A DNA stretch of 64,000 nt from Calcarisporiella thermophila CBS 279.70 (taxonomy: Eukaryota; Fungi; Calcarisporiellomycota), in contig NW_027192206.1 in NCBI RefSeq assembly GCF_041956535.1, positions 167,149 to 231,148 on the forward strand. Reading direction: 5' to 3'. Positions 34,348 to 47,117 of the stretch are shown here, one piece after another; the stretch's first letter is position 1; the number at the start of each line of letters is the position of its first letter. Below the pieces are notes generated by a model, which searched no databases, had not been told where the DNA came from, and saw only the letters and a program-made list of their open reading frames with translations. The position numbers and the translations under genes are program-made.

Positions 34348-37016
34348 TCACAAGTTGGACCGCTTTCCTCGCCGTGCCCGGCGCGCCCGCCGCCCTCCCC
34401 GACGCTTCTTGCCCTCTTCAAACTGCACGGCTGCCTCGTGGGTACGGCCCAGCACGTCCAAGTCTTTGACCTTGTAGATACGTACAAGCCAGTTCTGGGA
34501 GGTGAACGCCTCCTCCAAAACAGAGAGCTTCGGCCCCTCGGCAGGTAAGCGCGAGCCACGGACCCGATCGACAGCTTGCCCAGGAGGGAAGAGTTCGTTG
34601 AACCTAACCAGTGGAGCGGCAAAACAAATTCAAATAGAAAAAGCACGTGAGTGAGACGGTGAATGCGTCACCATGAAGATAACAACGGGCCATACCGATA
34701 GTAAGACATCTTGTACATCAGACTGTTGCGCATCGTAGGCGGCGCCATATCGTCTACACGATATTCACCGGAGGGGGTGAAGAAATTCGACTCCTTCACG
34801 TCATCGGGATAGACTCCCTCCGCAATACGGATCATCCACAAGAATTTGTTAATGTCATCTCCGCTGTATCCGAGCATAGCACCGAACAACACAAGCACCT
34901 AATTCGCAACATCCAAGAGGAATGAGCGCGCCAACCTCGGCGAACGGCTAGGGGGTTAGTCCACTTACATAGCTCACGTCGTGCTTCCGCATTATCTCGT
35001 AGGCCACCGGCTCGGGCGAAGCCATTGCTTTACCCACCGTGGCTATATGGGTATTGTTCCAGGTGTTATTGTCCACCAGCGTGGCCCTATCGGCCATGCC
35101 CGCAAGCTGGTACCCGTAGTCCCACCAGGACATAACTTTGGCATCCTCGGCGGTATTCTTTCGAAGCCAATAGTAGGCCTCGCGGAAGTCGTCGATGATC
35201 CATTGCGAGCCGTCCGGCAACCTGCTTGCCAGAACCACGGATGGAGAGGAGTATGCGTTGCTAGTTACCCATGTGCAATGGGCCACGAAAATGATGAGGA
35301 AGATGATCATGTTGATCAGGACGAAGGCGCGGGCATCGTTGGCAACAATGCCGTACGAAGCGAGCGACGAGGATACTTTTTCCTTAATACTGGCTTTGGC
35401 GGGAGCGGCCGCGGATTCCTCTTTGGCGCCCACCGATTTCTTCTTTTCCTTGGTTGTGGAAGCAGCCTCATCTTGTTTGGTCGAGGCGTCTGGGGTTTGC
35501 TCTTTGGGGGTGTCGAAGAACGTGTCCAAGACCGTGGAAACTGCCACTCCTGCTGCAACGCATACCACCGGTGTAAGCGTGAGCATGAGACGGACCATGA
35601 CTCCAGCGAAATAGGAGGCAAAAATCGCATATAGGATCACGAACACGTGCTCGTCCTGCAATTTACGGAAGCATAGGTACACGCCGGCGGGGAAGAAGAT
35701 GATCAACATTTCCAAATCAAAGAAGAACTAAGAGAAACAGACAATAACGTCAGAAAACTCGCCAATCTTCTTCTCCCCCTAAGAATGAGAGAGGCTCACC
35801 GCAGGCCATGCTGTTGGCTGATGCTCCGATACCGAGGCAATAATGGGGATATATTTTTTGGCATAGCCAGTATCCCAGAGGGAATAGAAGCGACCCGTCC
35901 ATGGGGCAATATATCCGGAGACCGTGAGACCAACCAACGCTGCCAAACCAAGCACAAAAGCAATCGCAATAAATGCCTTGAACAGCTTCTGGAACTGCTT
36001 CTCCGGCAGGTACCCGCGAACAAGCTCCACGAAAGCAATGATTTGCAAAAGACCAAACATGCCTAATTAACCAAAAAAAAAAATAAAGTCGTAGAGGAGT
36101 GAATATGCCAAGCCATGTATTTTATTTTTTCATGTCTCAAGATACCTAGTGCAGCCATATGTTCACTGGTACGGGTGGCAGAGAAGCCGACAAAGGGAAT
36201 TTGCATCGAGCCGAGTGTACCAAGGACGTAGAAGGTCGAGTAAGCAACGTACAGCCGAGTCGAGAATCGGCCCATGAGCACCAAAGCGAGTGCGTGAATA
36301 GGAATGAGGTTAATAATAAACACGTACCCGCCTGGAATAAATGGAAGAAGGAATGGAAAGGTTATTGGTACGAAATGGCATCACAAAGCAATGTCTCATT
36401 TACCCCAGGCTGCAACCATGTAAAAGTAAAAGAAGGCGGCCACCGCTGCCCAAGACGCAGAGCCCTTCTTTAATGCCTTAATCCACAAGTAAAATGTGAA
36501 CATGAGCAGGAAAATAGCAATGGCTTCATTATCATATGAGCCCGCCACGGAACGTGAAATGTAGCCTGGTGCAATGCCAATGAATGCAGCAGCAAGGAGA
36601 CCCGCCGAGGAATCCTTCACCTCGGCGGTGAGAAGATAGGTCGCGATTGCGGTGAATGCCGAGAATATCGGCGCCAGCAACACGCACACATTTCGGATGT
36701 CCACATGGAAGTTGAGAGCATGTAGTACATTGTGAATAATGCCGGATGTCACCATCAACCCTGGATAGACAGTGCCGCCCACCACGCGTCCAAGAGGGTA
36801 CCATGAGCGATCGTCGAACCAGTTCCAAAATTCATAGAAACCGTGTTTGACTAGATGTTGTGTCGCGCGGTAATTGAACCACGGATCGAACTCATGGATG
36901 ATAGATTCATAACGTACAATGGAGAATAATCGTGAGGCTATGGCTGTTGCGGCAATGAGGCCAAGAATGGTGACCTTGAGGAGAGCCGTCTGATTTGCGG
37001 TAGTGAGATGGCCCAT
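34348..37016 (-). CDS. STT3: Oligosaccharyltransferase catalytic subunit Stt3
   Basis: [46 protein letters not shown] and [12 protein letters not shown]. Confidence 0.98.
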
Positions 37017-37218
37017 CACAGAAGGAGGGGAAAAAGAAGCGAGGTGTGGATTAAGGAGTAGTAAGACCGAAAAGCGAAGTTAGCCCAGCCAGAAGCTCGA
37101 AGCATAGAGGGGGAAACGCGTGTCGGCTCCAGAGGAATTGTGGCTTGTGTCTCCCACATAATCTCGAGCTAGAATTTCACTCCCTCTCAAGCTAACGCAT
37201 TCGAGCATCCCGTGTACC

Positions 37219-40200
37219 ATGGAGGGAAATGGCACGGATACCCGCCCTGGTAATATCAGTTCATCACAATGGGTCCCGCGAGTGAGATTGATTTCTAACT
37301 GTAATTGAATAGAAAATCGGACGTTGTATGGAGCAGGAGAGGCTGAAAACCACGAGATGGGCTCAAATTTGGAGCTCGTTGATGAGCTAGGAAAGCTATC
37401 CCTAAACATCGACGAGTTAACCCAGAAACTTCAGGATGAGGTAAAGCTATTTTTGCTTTTTATGGCTCCCTAGATGCACATTTGACAAGCTGGGCTAATT
37501 CGTCTCCATTATGAGGGTAGGTGGTGAAAAATTATGATATGCTTCAGAATCAGGTAGCAGGAATGCATCAGCTTGAAAGCGCACTTACGGAAATAAAGGG
37601 AGGAGTAAAGTCATTGAGTTTGTCACTAGAGAGGTTTTTTTCCCCACCATTGCCCCCATATTTCTTAGAATTAGGAGCTTATTTTGGATTTTTGTGAATA
37701 TGTAGGATTCGCAACAAAGTACGCGTTCCCTACGAGCAGATAAGAATATATAGCATTCAGCTCGAGAGACTGCAAACGGCCTCGGAGACGCTTCGATGTG
37801 TAATAAGATTCCTATATCTTGTGAAGCGACTGCAAAGACAGCTGCCAGGTGACACGCGTGATCTTGCGAAAGCAGCCCTGAGTCTGCGGGAAATAGGTTT
37901 GGAATGAGAAAGCTGTCTTTCGTAATTGAACACCTCGATCTCAATTCATTCAATACTTTGTATATTGCAGAGAAAATATTGCAAGAATCCGACCTGAGTG
38001 GAATCAACGCTGTAGAGCAAGAGCTCCCTATGCTCACGCGGTCGCGCGCTGATATTGCAAATCATGCGGACAATCTCCTTAACCAAGGGTTGACAGAAAA
38101 GAACCAGGCACAGATTTCCACCGGCTTACAGGTGTTCTATAACCTTAATGAATTGCAAGGAAAGGTCCAAAGTGTAGTGGATGCCATCACAGAATACTTG
38201 GCGTCGCAGATGAAGGCTTGCTTCGATATTTCCTCATTACACAAACAGGTCAAAGGTAAATGTGGAAAGCGAGTTGAAATGGGCCCAAACGCCTTAACTC
38301 CCAATCTGCCCCTTTGTAGATACTGGCACGACCTTTACGAGTGGCATTCGGCGAATAAATAATGAACCGACAGCCGGAACGGCTGCACTCTGGACCGCCG
38401 CACTATGGCCCAGAATAGAAAAACTTATAGACGAGATGGCAGATGGATGTATAAGGGTAAGTAGAGGGGGGCCAAACTATTTTCATATAAAAGTGCAATT
38501 CAAAATGGTGAGCGAATGACTTTCTGCTATCTGTAGATATACACTCTTGAAAGGGTATTGTCGAGAATACGTGATCCAATAACCCATATTGCGTATTTGG
38601 AAGAAGTATCAAAAGTACCCGTCTCTTTAAGACGCATCATGCATCTCTATTCCGCGCATTTACCTCTCTCATCTCACTATAGGCAATGGATGGAAGCATG
38701 GCTCATTACTTCTGGAAAGAACTCTCAGCAAACTTTGAAGAGGCGTTGCGTGAGGCAACAGATGGTCAGTTTAGCTTTTGCTACTTCCAACCAGAGATAC
38801 TCTATTGACATCTCCTTCATTCTCCTCCCACTTATTCTCAATCACCCCTAGCCTCTTCATTTTTGCTAAACACGCTTATCTCGGGATACCCGAAGCTCCT
38901 CCGGTTGATGCAAGATTTTTTCACGCGTGTTTCCGTGCATAGTGAGAACACCCTGGCGGGGGACACACAAAGGTAAGCCATTGATAGCTTCTGTGGCATC
39001 CACATAATCATCATTCCCTTATCTTGTTTAAAGCCCTGAAAAGATTCTTATGTTGCGCCGGATCTCCTCATTTGAATCGATGTACCTGGCCCGCTCGCTC
39101 TCTCGCATGTTCGATCCGATCAATCGCGCATTTCCTAGCGATAGTATATCGCGGGCATCTTTGTCCAAGAATGATGTTACAAATTTGATGAGAATAATTT
39201 CTAGGTTCGCCATCCATAAAAATAAAAAAAAAGCCTTTGCAGGGGCGGATTTTCCTAACTTTTATTTAACTTCAGTGAACTCGAGACGGCCAAGTTTAAT
39301 ACCGATCTTCTGCGTGCCGTCGCCACCAACGTTGGAAAAGCATTGAATCTGTATTGTGTAAAGTGTGAATCGATGGTGAGTTCGCCTCTCTATTTCCAAT
39401 GGACATTGATAACGTTTTTCTTCTTCGCTCGATGCTAAATCTTTCTTCTTTGGATACATCAGGTCGCAACCGACTCGAATGCCTACCAAATCTCTGGGCC
39501 ATGCACTGCTTCTCAAAACATTAACTTCACCCTTGTCCGGAACCTGTACTTTTTGCAGCAATCAATATGGAACACGGTTGAGGAATATCCCGAATTCGTT
39601 AAGCAAATTGTATCAGAAGCCGCTGAGGTATGCTAAAGCCGCATTTGCCTGCAAGCAATGATGCTTATTCAAGTGAACCCAATTCCTAGAACGCCCGCCG
39701 ATTAGTGTCCGCCATTCCTGAGCCTCTACTAGCACAGATCCGGCGTGATCTCGAAGGAATCGTTGTCAAAATTCACCGTGAAGATTTTTCGCGTCAGCAA
39801 CAGCTATCGAAGAGCTTCCTCAGAGCTGGCTCGGAACCACAATGCAGTGCGTATATGACGGAATTGATATCGCGGCTTAAACATGTACAAAATGAATTAC
39901 TGTCGCGGTTGTCAACGGGTGAAGAGACCCGAACATGGTACAAATATGCTCATGCATAGTTTTTTTTTTCGAGACAATCTGTGATGATCCCGAATCTTTG
40001 CTTAATTTTTCTTTAATAGGGTAAAATCTCTAGCCATGCGCGTGCTCCACGTCTTCCTCCTTCACGCGAGCATTGTCTCACCCCTTGGCGAGGCTGGGAA
40101 GCTAAAGCTAACGGGCGACATGGCCCCCCTAGAATTCGCGCTTAACCAGCTTCTCGCTGATCACGGAATGAGCCTAAGCGATTTAGACGAAGAATACAAA

Positions 40201-40618
40201 GCGCTGCGCGCCTTCAGGTAAATTTTTTTTCCCTTCTTTTTACTAGACCCAATTTCTAATATTGATTGGACCAACCCTATGGCATATTGATCCTAGACCA
40301 CTCCTATTCCTAGATGGCTCTCAACTGATTGCCACCCACCACACTGCTAACATCCCTCTTCTCAACCTATTGCACCACCTCGTCGTTCGTGCCCCACCCA
40401 ATACCCTTCAACTTCCCCACCGTGTGCACGCCTGGCCAGCAGGCGAATATATCCGTTGGCTCGACGACCACTCGGAGCGCGAGGCGGTAGTCATCTTTGT
40501 GCAATCCGCCGCGTCCAAAGTTTCCAACCCCCGTGAAATCCCAGAGTGGAAGATCATTGAGATCATCCTGAGACAAAGAGGATATGAGGATTTGCTTCCG
40601 TCCGAGGAAGAAAAATAA
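37219..40618 (+). CDS. COG5: Conserved oligomeric Golgi complex subunit 5 (multi-exon)
   Basis: ESDLSGINAV, NQAQISTGLQVFYNL, LERVLSRIRDP, GYPKLLRL, YLARSLSRMFDPIN, PLGEAGKLKLTGDMAPLEFAL and LRAFRPLLFLD. Confidence 0.9.
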
Positions 40619-40663
40619 ATTTTGAATTCATTTTTCTATTTTTTTTTTCGCTTTATTTTATGT

Positions 40664-42737
40664 CTATGCTTTGATGGATTGAAGTACTTTGGCTACATGG
40701 AAAAGGGTAGGCTCCTGGCCATATTGAGCAAGGAGCTGGAGCCCGACCGGCAACCCATCCTCCGGAGATTTTCCAAACGGAACAGACATGGCTGGGATAC
40801 CTAAAAGTCACCATAAAGGAGAATCAATCAATAAATATGCCCCCCATTTTCAACTGGCAGAGCGCCTGGAAGGGCAGGCACAGATGATTTACCGGCTAGA
40901 CTAGCAGGGACCGTCATCACGTCATTCACGTAAGCGTCCAAAATATCTACATCACCGCTCACGCAATCCCGCATTAACGGGGCGGTGGAGATGGCAGTCG
41001 GGGTCAGCAGGACATCGACACCCTCCTCCGACCCCCCACTCGGTGACGCTTGAAGAGGATTAGATATGCGGAAGACGCGGTTGAAATCTTCCTGCACCCG
41101 TTTCCGTATTCGCTGCGCCTGTAGGAAATACCCCTCGAATGCACCCGATGTCAACACATAAGTTCCAAGTAGAATACGTCGCCGCACCTCGGCACCGAAA
41201 CCTTGTTGACGAGTAGTGGCGTAGAGGGAAGATTGAGGCTCGGAGCTTTCGTTCATCTCACTTTCACTTCGATGACCTTTTGCGAAAATATGCAAATCAG
41301 TTGCCATGAGCCAGACAAGGCGGCTTCTTATTTCGTTTTACCATATCGAACACCGTCATATCTGGCCAGATTAGAGGATGCTTCCGCAGGTGCCAATACA
41401 TAGTACGCCGACAATGCAAACCGGGTATTTGGACAAGATACGGGGTGGATGCTTGCGCCCTGATTCTGCAGGCGTTGCACACCCTCTGCCCATATTTGCC
41501 GGATAGGACCGGCTAGTTCAGACACGAAGTATTCCTAAATAGAGCCAGCGCAAGAATAAACTAAGATATCATCTAGAAGAGCCAAACAATAGGTAAAAAT
41601 TTACCTGTGGTACTCCCACGCGAAGACCGGTAAGATCGTAGGCATCGGATCGGGGTATATATTTCGGTTCTGTCTTTTTGATATCTTCTCGAAGTTCAAC
41701 AGGCATAGAGGTAGGATCTTTCTTGTCATACGCGGAAATAATCTCATAAAGCTTCTCTGATTCCTCTACCGATGAAGTTAAAATTCCCACCGTATCGAGA
41801 GAATTTGCGTATGAAATCAGTCCCCAACGAGACACACGACCATAGGAGGGTTTAAATCCCACCACGCCGCAGAACGATGCAGGAAGGCGAACAGACCCAC
41901 CCGTGTCTGAGCCTAGTGCTCTGAAATCGAAATAAAGGATAGCGTTATGATCCCCAAACATGCATAATGCCATACAAAAAAAAACCATTCATATGGCCTA
42001 CCCATAGCACATTCCAGATGCCACTGCTGCTGCACTCCCCCCCGAACTTCCTCCGGCCACTCGAGCACCCGAACCTGATTCAAACGAAGACGAACGAGGA
42101 TTAAAAACTGGACCAAATTCACTATGTACATTTGCAGATCTAGAGACCATGCAAGGAATTAATAAGCATTAAATAAACTGCCCCCTATTCATGATTTTGT
42201 GAAAGTAACCACTCACCCCATTCCAAACTCGTCCATATTAGTCTTGCCGACGATAATGGCGCCAGCTCGTTTTAGCAGTGTCACTGCCGTCGCATCAAAA
42301 GGGGATTTGAATTCTTAAATCGCACAGTAGGTAGAAATGAAATTAGAGAGACAGGATAATAAAAATTGGCCAGCAATTAAATAAATACCCCTTAACATGG
42401 CCGAAGCACAACTCGTTTCGAAATCTTTAGTACAGAAGTTGTCTTTAATTGCTACCGTCATTCCATCAATAGGACTCTTTGCCACTCCTGGTGCGAAAGT
42501 AAATATTAAGAATTAACCCCAAACTAGACGTGCTAATTCTTGCTTTTTTTTTCTTATACCTTTTTTCCTTCGCTCATCTGCGTCTCTGGCTTCTTGCCCT
42601 ACCTTTTCTTGTGACTCCAAAGCAATTATCGCATTTATCTCTTTATTCAGTTGTGAAATTCTATTCATACACACCGCAGCCCTGTCGGCTGCATTAATAG
42701 CGGGTAAAGAGCGAAGGGAAGAAATGGCCCTCCGCAT
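40664..42737 (-). CDS. QRSL1: Mitochondrial glutamyl-tRNA(Gln) amidotransferase subunit A (GatA/QRSL1/Her2)
   Basis: Arg/Ser-rich presequence [78 protein letters not shown] and [12 protein letters not shown]. Confidence 0.94.
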
Positions 42738-43543
42738 AGTCAACTGCGTTTCTATTCACTGCTCGAAGATGAAAATAATGGCCCTATTTAAATGATGTCA
42801 CAAACAAGCCACAGGTGGCAAACATCAAAGTTAGCTTTTGGGTTGGCTTGTAACTTCACTACACAACCCAGATTACAGAGTACATTTAAACCATAGTTCA
42901 TGCTCTTTCCCATGTTAGTGCTGGGCACCTAGATGCTTGCTTTAACACCCACCCTAGAGGACGCCAACAAAGTTTTTTGAGCTTTATAAACTTGGGATGA
43001 ACCTGCAGAACTCACTGCAAAATATGAGCATAATGAAGCCTCTTATCTCCCTCATCCAAATCTAAACGCCAAAGTCCAGAATAGCTCCGCTATTCAGTAT
43101 CATTAATAAACTATCGTAGTTACCGTTTTTCTTGAAAATCTAGCCTGACTCTTTTAATGGCAGAAAAGTTAGTTTCTGCGAAGCACCCTATCTTAAGCAG
43201 ATCCAATAATATGCTTTAATTAGGCAGAGAACGACTGCGAGTACTGTTTCAGCCAAGTGTTTTCCAAGTACTAAACGATGGTGTATCAACCAAGAAGAGT
43301 GTTGAAAAAAAAATCGAGAAATTCTATCATAACCTGAATGATAATATTGGGATTCTATATTTGAGTTGCTCCCAAGTTACCAACAATTCAAGTGCTTGTT
43401 ATTTTTTTAGTAGCAATATCACCAGGAAATAAACAGATCCATTACTGTATAGCTTAACCTAGAATTAACATTATCCGAGATAGAGGCGGGTGACGCAGTT
43501 TATGCAACTTGGACTTGTATGGTATTATGAAAAGAAAATTTCT

Positions 43544-44140
43544 TTATTGAGGAGCATCGGCTCTTCTTTTGATAAATTTCCACACTCTTATTCCCCTCCC
43601 AGGCTGATTTGGTTTTGTGATTAGATGACCAATCTCACCTAAAAACTCAAACCCTACCTTCTCCATAATACGACGCGAGGCCCAATTGCCCACGCTCGCA
43701 AATCCACAGATGGCTTTTAGCCCTTCCCGTTTAAATGCAAATTCTTCCACCATGAGGCGAACTACCGGCGTCAACACTTGTTTGCCTCTCCATTCCTTAG
43801 CCAGTAAGTATCCCACCTCCCATGCCCCTTCTTCGGCTTCGACTTCCTTTGCGCGCTCTGGAGTGAGCTGTTCAATGCTGATGGTACCTACATACTCCCC
43901 GTCCGATGTACGGATGGCCCGAAGATGTCTATTGGGAAGTTTGCATGTTTGCGAAATGAAATTCTCTGCATCCTCCAAAGTGTAAGGCGAAGAAATGCGC
44001 GTGGTGTATTCCAAGATAAGAGGGTCGTTGAGGGCATTCACAAGCGCTTGCTTGTCGGAGGGATGGAAGGGGGTGAGAAAGTAGGGGCTGTCTGGAACAG
44101 CAATGATGTCTTCATTGGAAAAATGAGAAAGCGCCGACAT
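43544..44140 (-). CDS. GNAT acetyltransferase, RimJ/RimL-like (paralog 1), intronless
   Basis: SPYTLEDAENFI, YVGTISI, WEVGYLLAKEWRGK and NWASRRIMEKVGF. Confidence 0.9.
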   Translation of the reverse strand: MSALSHFSNEDIIAVPDSPYFLTPFHPSDKQALVNALNDPLILEYTTRISSPYTLEDAENFISQTCKLPNRHLRAIRTSDGEYVGTISIEQLTPERAKEVEAEEGAWEVGYLLAKEWRGKQVLTPVVRLMVEEFAFKREGLKAICGFASVGNWASRRIMEKVGFEFLGEIGHLITKPNQPGRGIRVWKFIKRRADAPQ

Positions 44141-45216
44141 AATTGGGGGTGAAAGCCTGGACTGAATTCTTACACTAAGTCGGTGGACTATTATCAAAGC
44201 TTATATTTACCTCCCTAGAAATGTGGCAGGGTAACCAAACCAGTCAAGCGAGAGCGAAGTCAGAATTACACGGCAACCATCATGTGGTGCAGCTAGTTAT
44301 GTAAAAATCTCCGAAAAATACAAGTTACACGGCCTAGAACATCTCCTTAAATAAAAGCTAAGGATGTTCCGAGCCTGAGCAGACATACTGGATTAAGAGA
44401 TTGGAGAATCAACCTTTCCGAAATATCTGCAACTATTAGCATATTATTAAAATTCGATAAACTAGAGTAATAATTCACAAATACTTTTTATTGCATTCTT
44501 CAACTTCTCGTCATCAAAAATTGTATACCAAATTTATATCAGCTTATATACCCATTATATCGTGATTTTATTTTCATTATGGCAATTCTTACGACTTTTA
44601 TTTCCTGTTTTATTTCTCAGTTTAGGACACATTTCTTCCCAAATGCAACATGTAAAAATGGCAAGGCAACTTTAAAAGATACTTTATCTTCTCTAGCTTA
44701 CAAAGAGCAATTGGGCACTATTGCTCAATTCTATGCTTCCGACGCTAATATAAATGATTAGAGCCACTGTAATACCCAATGAGGAATATTTGCTCGAAAA
44801 CTTTTTGCTTTGCACTATTACAATATAACAGGGTTCGTAAGGTAGATAGAGGATCTTAGTAAAAAATAGAGATCGGTGAGGAGCAAAAAGAAATAGTAGG
44901 TGGTTTTAAATAAGAATAGAAAATGAAAAAGAATATGAATTCACAGATCAATATTGAATATAGCTTCCAACAAATATTACACCACAATAATATAATAATT
45001 CAACCATAACGAGTTAATAATATTAACCTTATTACATATCATGAGAAAAGCAAAAAACGAGGCTTACTATTACATACAACAATTATCAAAGATAAATGCA
45101 TGTATAGGCCATTTGGCATAATGTATTAAACAAGCTTAGTTGGATCGCAGAATACATGTAATCTCTTTGCTGAATACTCAATATAATTCTCACTTGTGCA
45201 ATTTGCTTACTAGAAG

Positions 45217-45490
45217 GTAAGTAGCACTCCATTCCACCCTTAACGCATCCATTCTACTGAATGCCAATGGAATATATTTCTCATTTATGCCATTTGTTGA
45301 TCTTTAATAGAGCGCAAGTAGCGCTACATTCCACCCTTAACACACCAATTCTACTGAATGTTAATGGAAATTATTTCACATTTGTGTCATTTGTTAATCT
45401 TTAATAGAACGTAAGTAGTACTCCATTCCACCCTTAACGCACTCATTCTATTGAATGTTAATGGAGTATATTTTTCATTTGTGACATCAT
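45217..45490. repeat. Degenerate tandem repeat, 97-bp unit, about 2.8 copies
   Basis: Units start at 45217, 45314 and 45411 and share aagtag..ct.cattccacccttaac.cac..attcta.tgaatg..aatgga...tattt..catt. Confidence 0.9.
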
Positions 45491-45855
45491 TCAACTTCAA
45501 TAGTTTAATTAGCCCCCGACAGATACAGCCTTTTAAAATACACTGAGGTACTCGAACAAATGCAAACTTAAGCATAATTTACACTTTGATTTTTTTTTAC
45601 CCACTATACAATTTTTAATTTTTTCCTAGATTTTTTTCGATCCATCCACGACATATACTTCTTCGCTCTAATTTCATATTTGGCTGATTTTTAATCAGAA
45701 TAAATATACCGAGAGGGTTCACGCTCGATTTTTGGCGTTTTTGCGTTTTGCTTTTTGATCGTATTAAAATTTTCAAAAAGAATTGATATGTTTTAATCAA
45801 TTGTCTTGCCATCACTCTCGGAAATAGAGTTTTTGGAAATTCTTATCGTGTTGCA

Positions 45856-46128
45856 TTGATTCAACTTGATGAAGCGGATGTGGATGACTATACTAGTTGG
45901 GATTTTGGACTTTTCTTACTTTTCATTTACACCTCTCGATATTTATCTCCAAGAACCTTGGTTACCAAATCTCCCCATTTTCGCGATGATATTCTTTTTC
46001 GCTTAGATGATGGGCGATTTCGTAGACAAGCTCGCATATGCGAGCAAGCATTTGCTGTTCTTGTAATGATATTAGAGAAAAATCCTTCCTTTCATGTAGC
46101 AGTAATTAAACAACGTAGCGGTAATTAA
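45856..46128 (+). mobile_element. PIF/Harbinger-like transposase N-terminal fragment
   Basis: SRYL...DDILFRLDDGRFRRQARICEQAFAVLVMILEKNPSF resembles the 'D..F...FRM....F..L...I..HP.F' segment of Harbinger DDE transposases. It is truncated. Confidence 0.6.
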
Positions 46129-46529
46129 TAGTTATACCCGGGTACAAACAGAATTACCATAATATAAAATCCCAATATGGCAGAAGTTTTTAACAAATAT
46201 TTTATTTGATTAATCTGATAAAAAAAAAATGAAAAGTAACATTTCAGAGAAAAGAGTAAATAAACGGCAAGTTAAAGGTATAGTAAAGCTAAGAAATATG
46301 GAATAAGAAATCATTGAACCACATAAAGAAACCATAGAGGTAGGGTTCGCGATTCTATATGTTTTCACACCTCTATGGTTTCTACAAATTTCTTAACCAT
46401 TGGAGCTTTTTGTAGGGCATCTACTTTTATTTAAAAATAATCTGGCATATACTTTGACTGAACAGATTGAATTTAGCAATATAATTATGAAAAATGGGGT
46501 GCATTGACAAAATATCTGTAGCCCCAATT

Positions 46530-47117
46530 TTACTTGTGATCTCTACGCTTTATAAATTTCCACAATTTCACGCTGATTCCTGGCTTATTTGGCTTGGGTA
46601 TGGGGTTCCCAACCTCGCCCAAAAACTCGAACCCAACCTTCTCCATATTGCGGCGGGAGGCCCAGTTTCCCACACTGGCAAAACCGTAGATCGACTCCAG
46701 CTTTTCCCTCTTAAATGCAAACTCCTCTAGTATAAACCGCAATGCTGGATTCAGCACCCCTTTGCCTCTCCATTCTTTTGCTAGCAAGAATCCCACTTGC
46801 CATGTACCCTCTTCGACTTCGGAAACCTTGGCGCGTTCCGGTGAGAGTTGATCAATGTTGATGGTGCCGATGTAGTCGCCCTCTGATGTACGGATGGCAA
46901 AAACGTGACGATCGGGAAGGTTGGGGAGATAGGAAATATAGTGATCTGCATCGTCAGGAGTGAATGGCGTGGGAATGCCTGTGAATTCAAATATGAGAGG
47001 ATCATTCATGGCCTGAATCATAGCCTCTTTATCAGAGGGGTGGAAAGGGGTGAGAAAGTAGGGGGTATCAGGGACCGGGAAAATATCCTCTTTGGAGAAT
47101 AAAGATAAAGATGGCAT
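46530..47117 (-). CDS. GNAT acetyltransferase, RimJ/RimL-like (paralog 2), intronless
   Basis: Aligns end to end with 43544-44140 (PYFLTPFHPSDK, AIRTS.G.Y.GTI, LLAKEWRGK, GFASVGNWASRR.MEKVGFEFLGE). Confidence 0.9.
   Translation of the reverse strand: MPSLSLFSKEDIFPVPDTPYFLTPFHPSDKEAMIQAMNDPLIFEFTGIPTPFTPDDADHYISYLPNLPDRHVFAIRTSEGDYIGTINIDQLSPERAKVSEVEEGTWQVGFLLAKEWRGKGVLNPALRFILEEFAFKREKLESIYGFASVGNWASRRNMEKVGFEFLGEVGNPIPKPNKPGISVKLWKFIKRRDHK

Noticed and set aside
45217-45490. CRISPR-like array
   Set aside because: The entire 97-bp unit is repeated with no unique spacers, the context is eukaryotic, and there are no cas genes.
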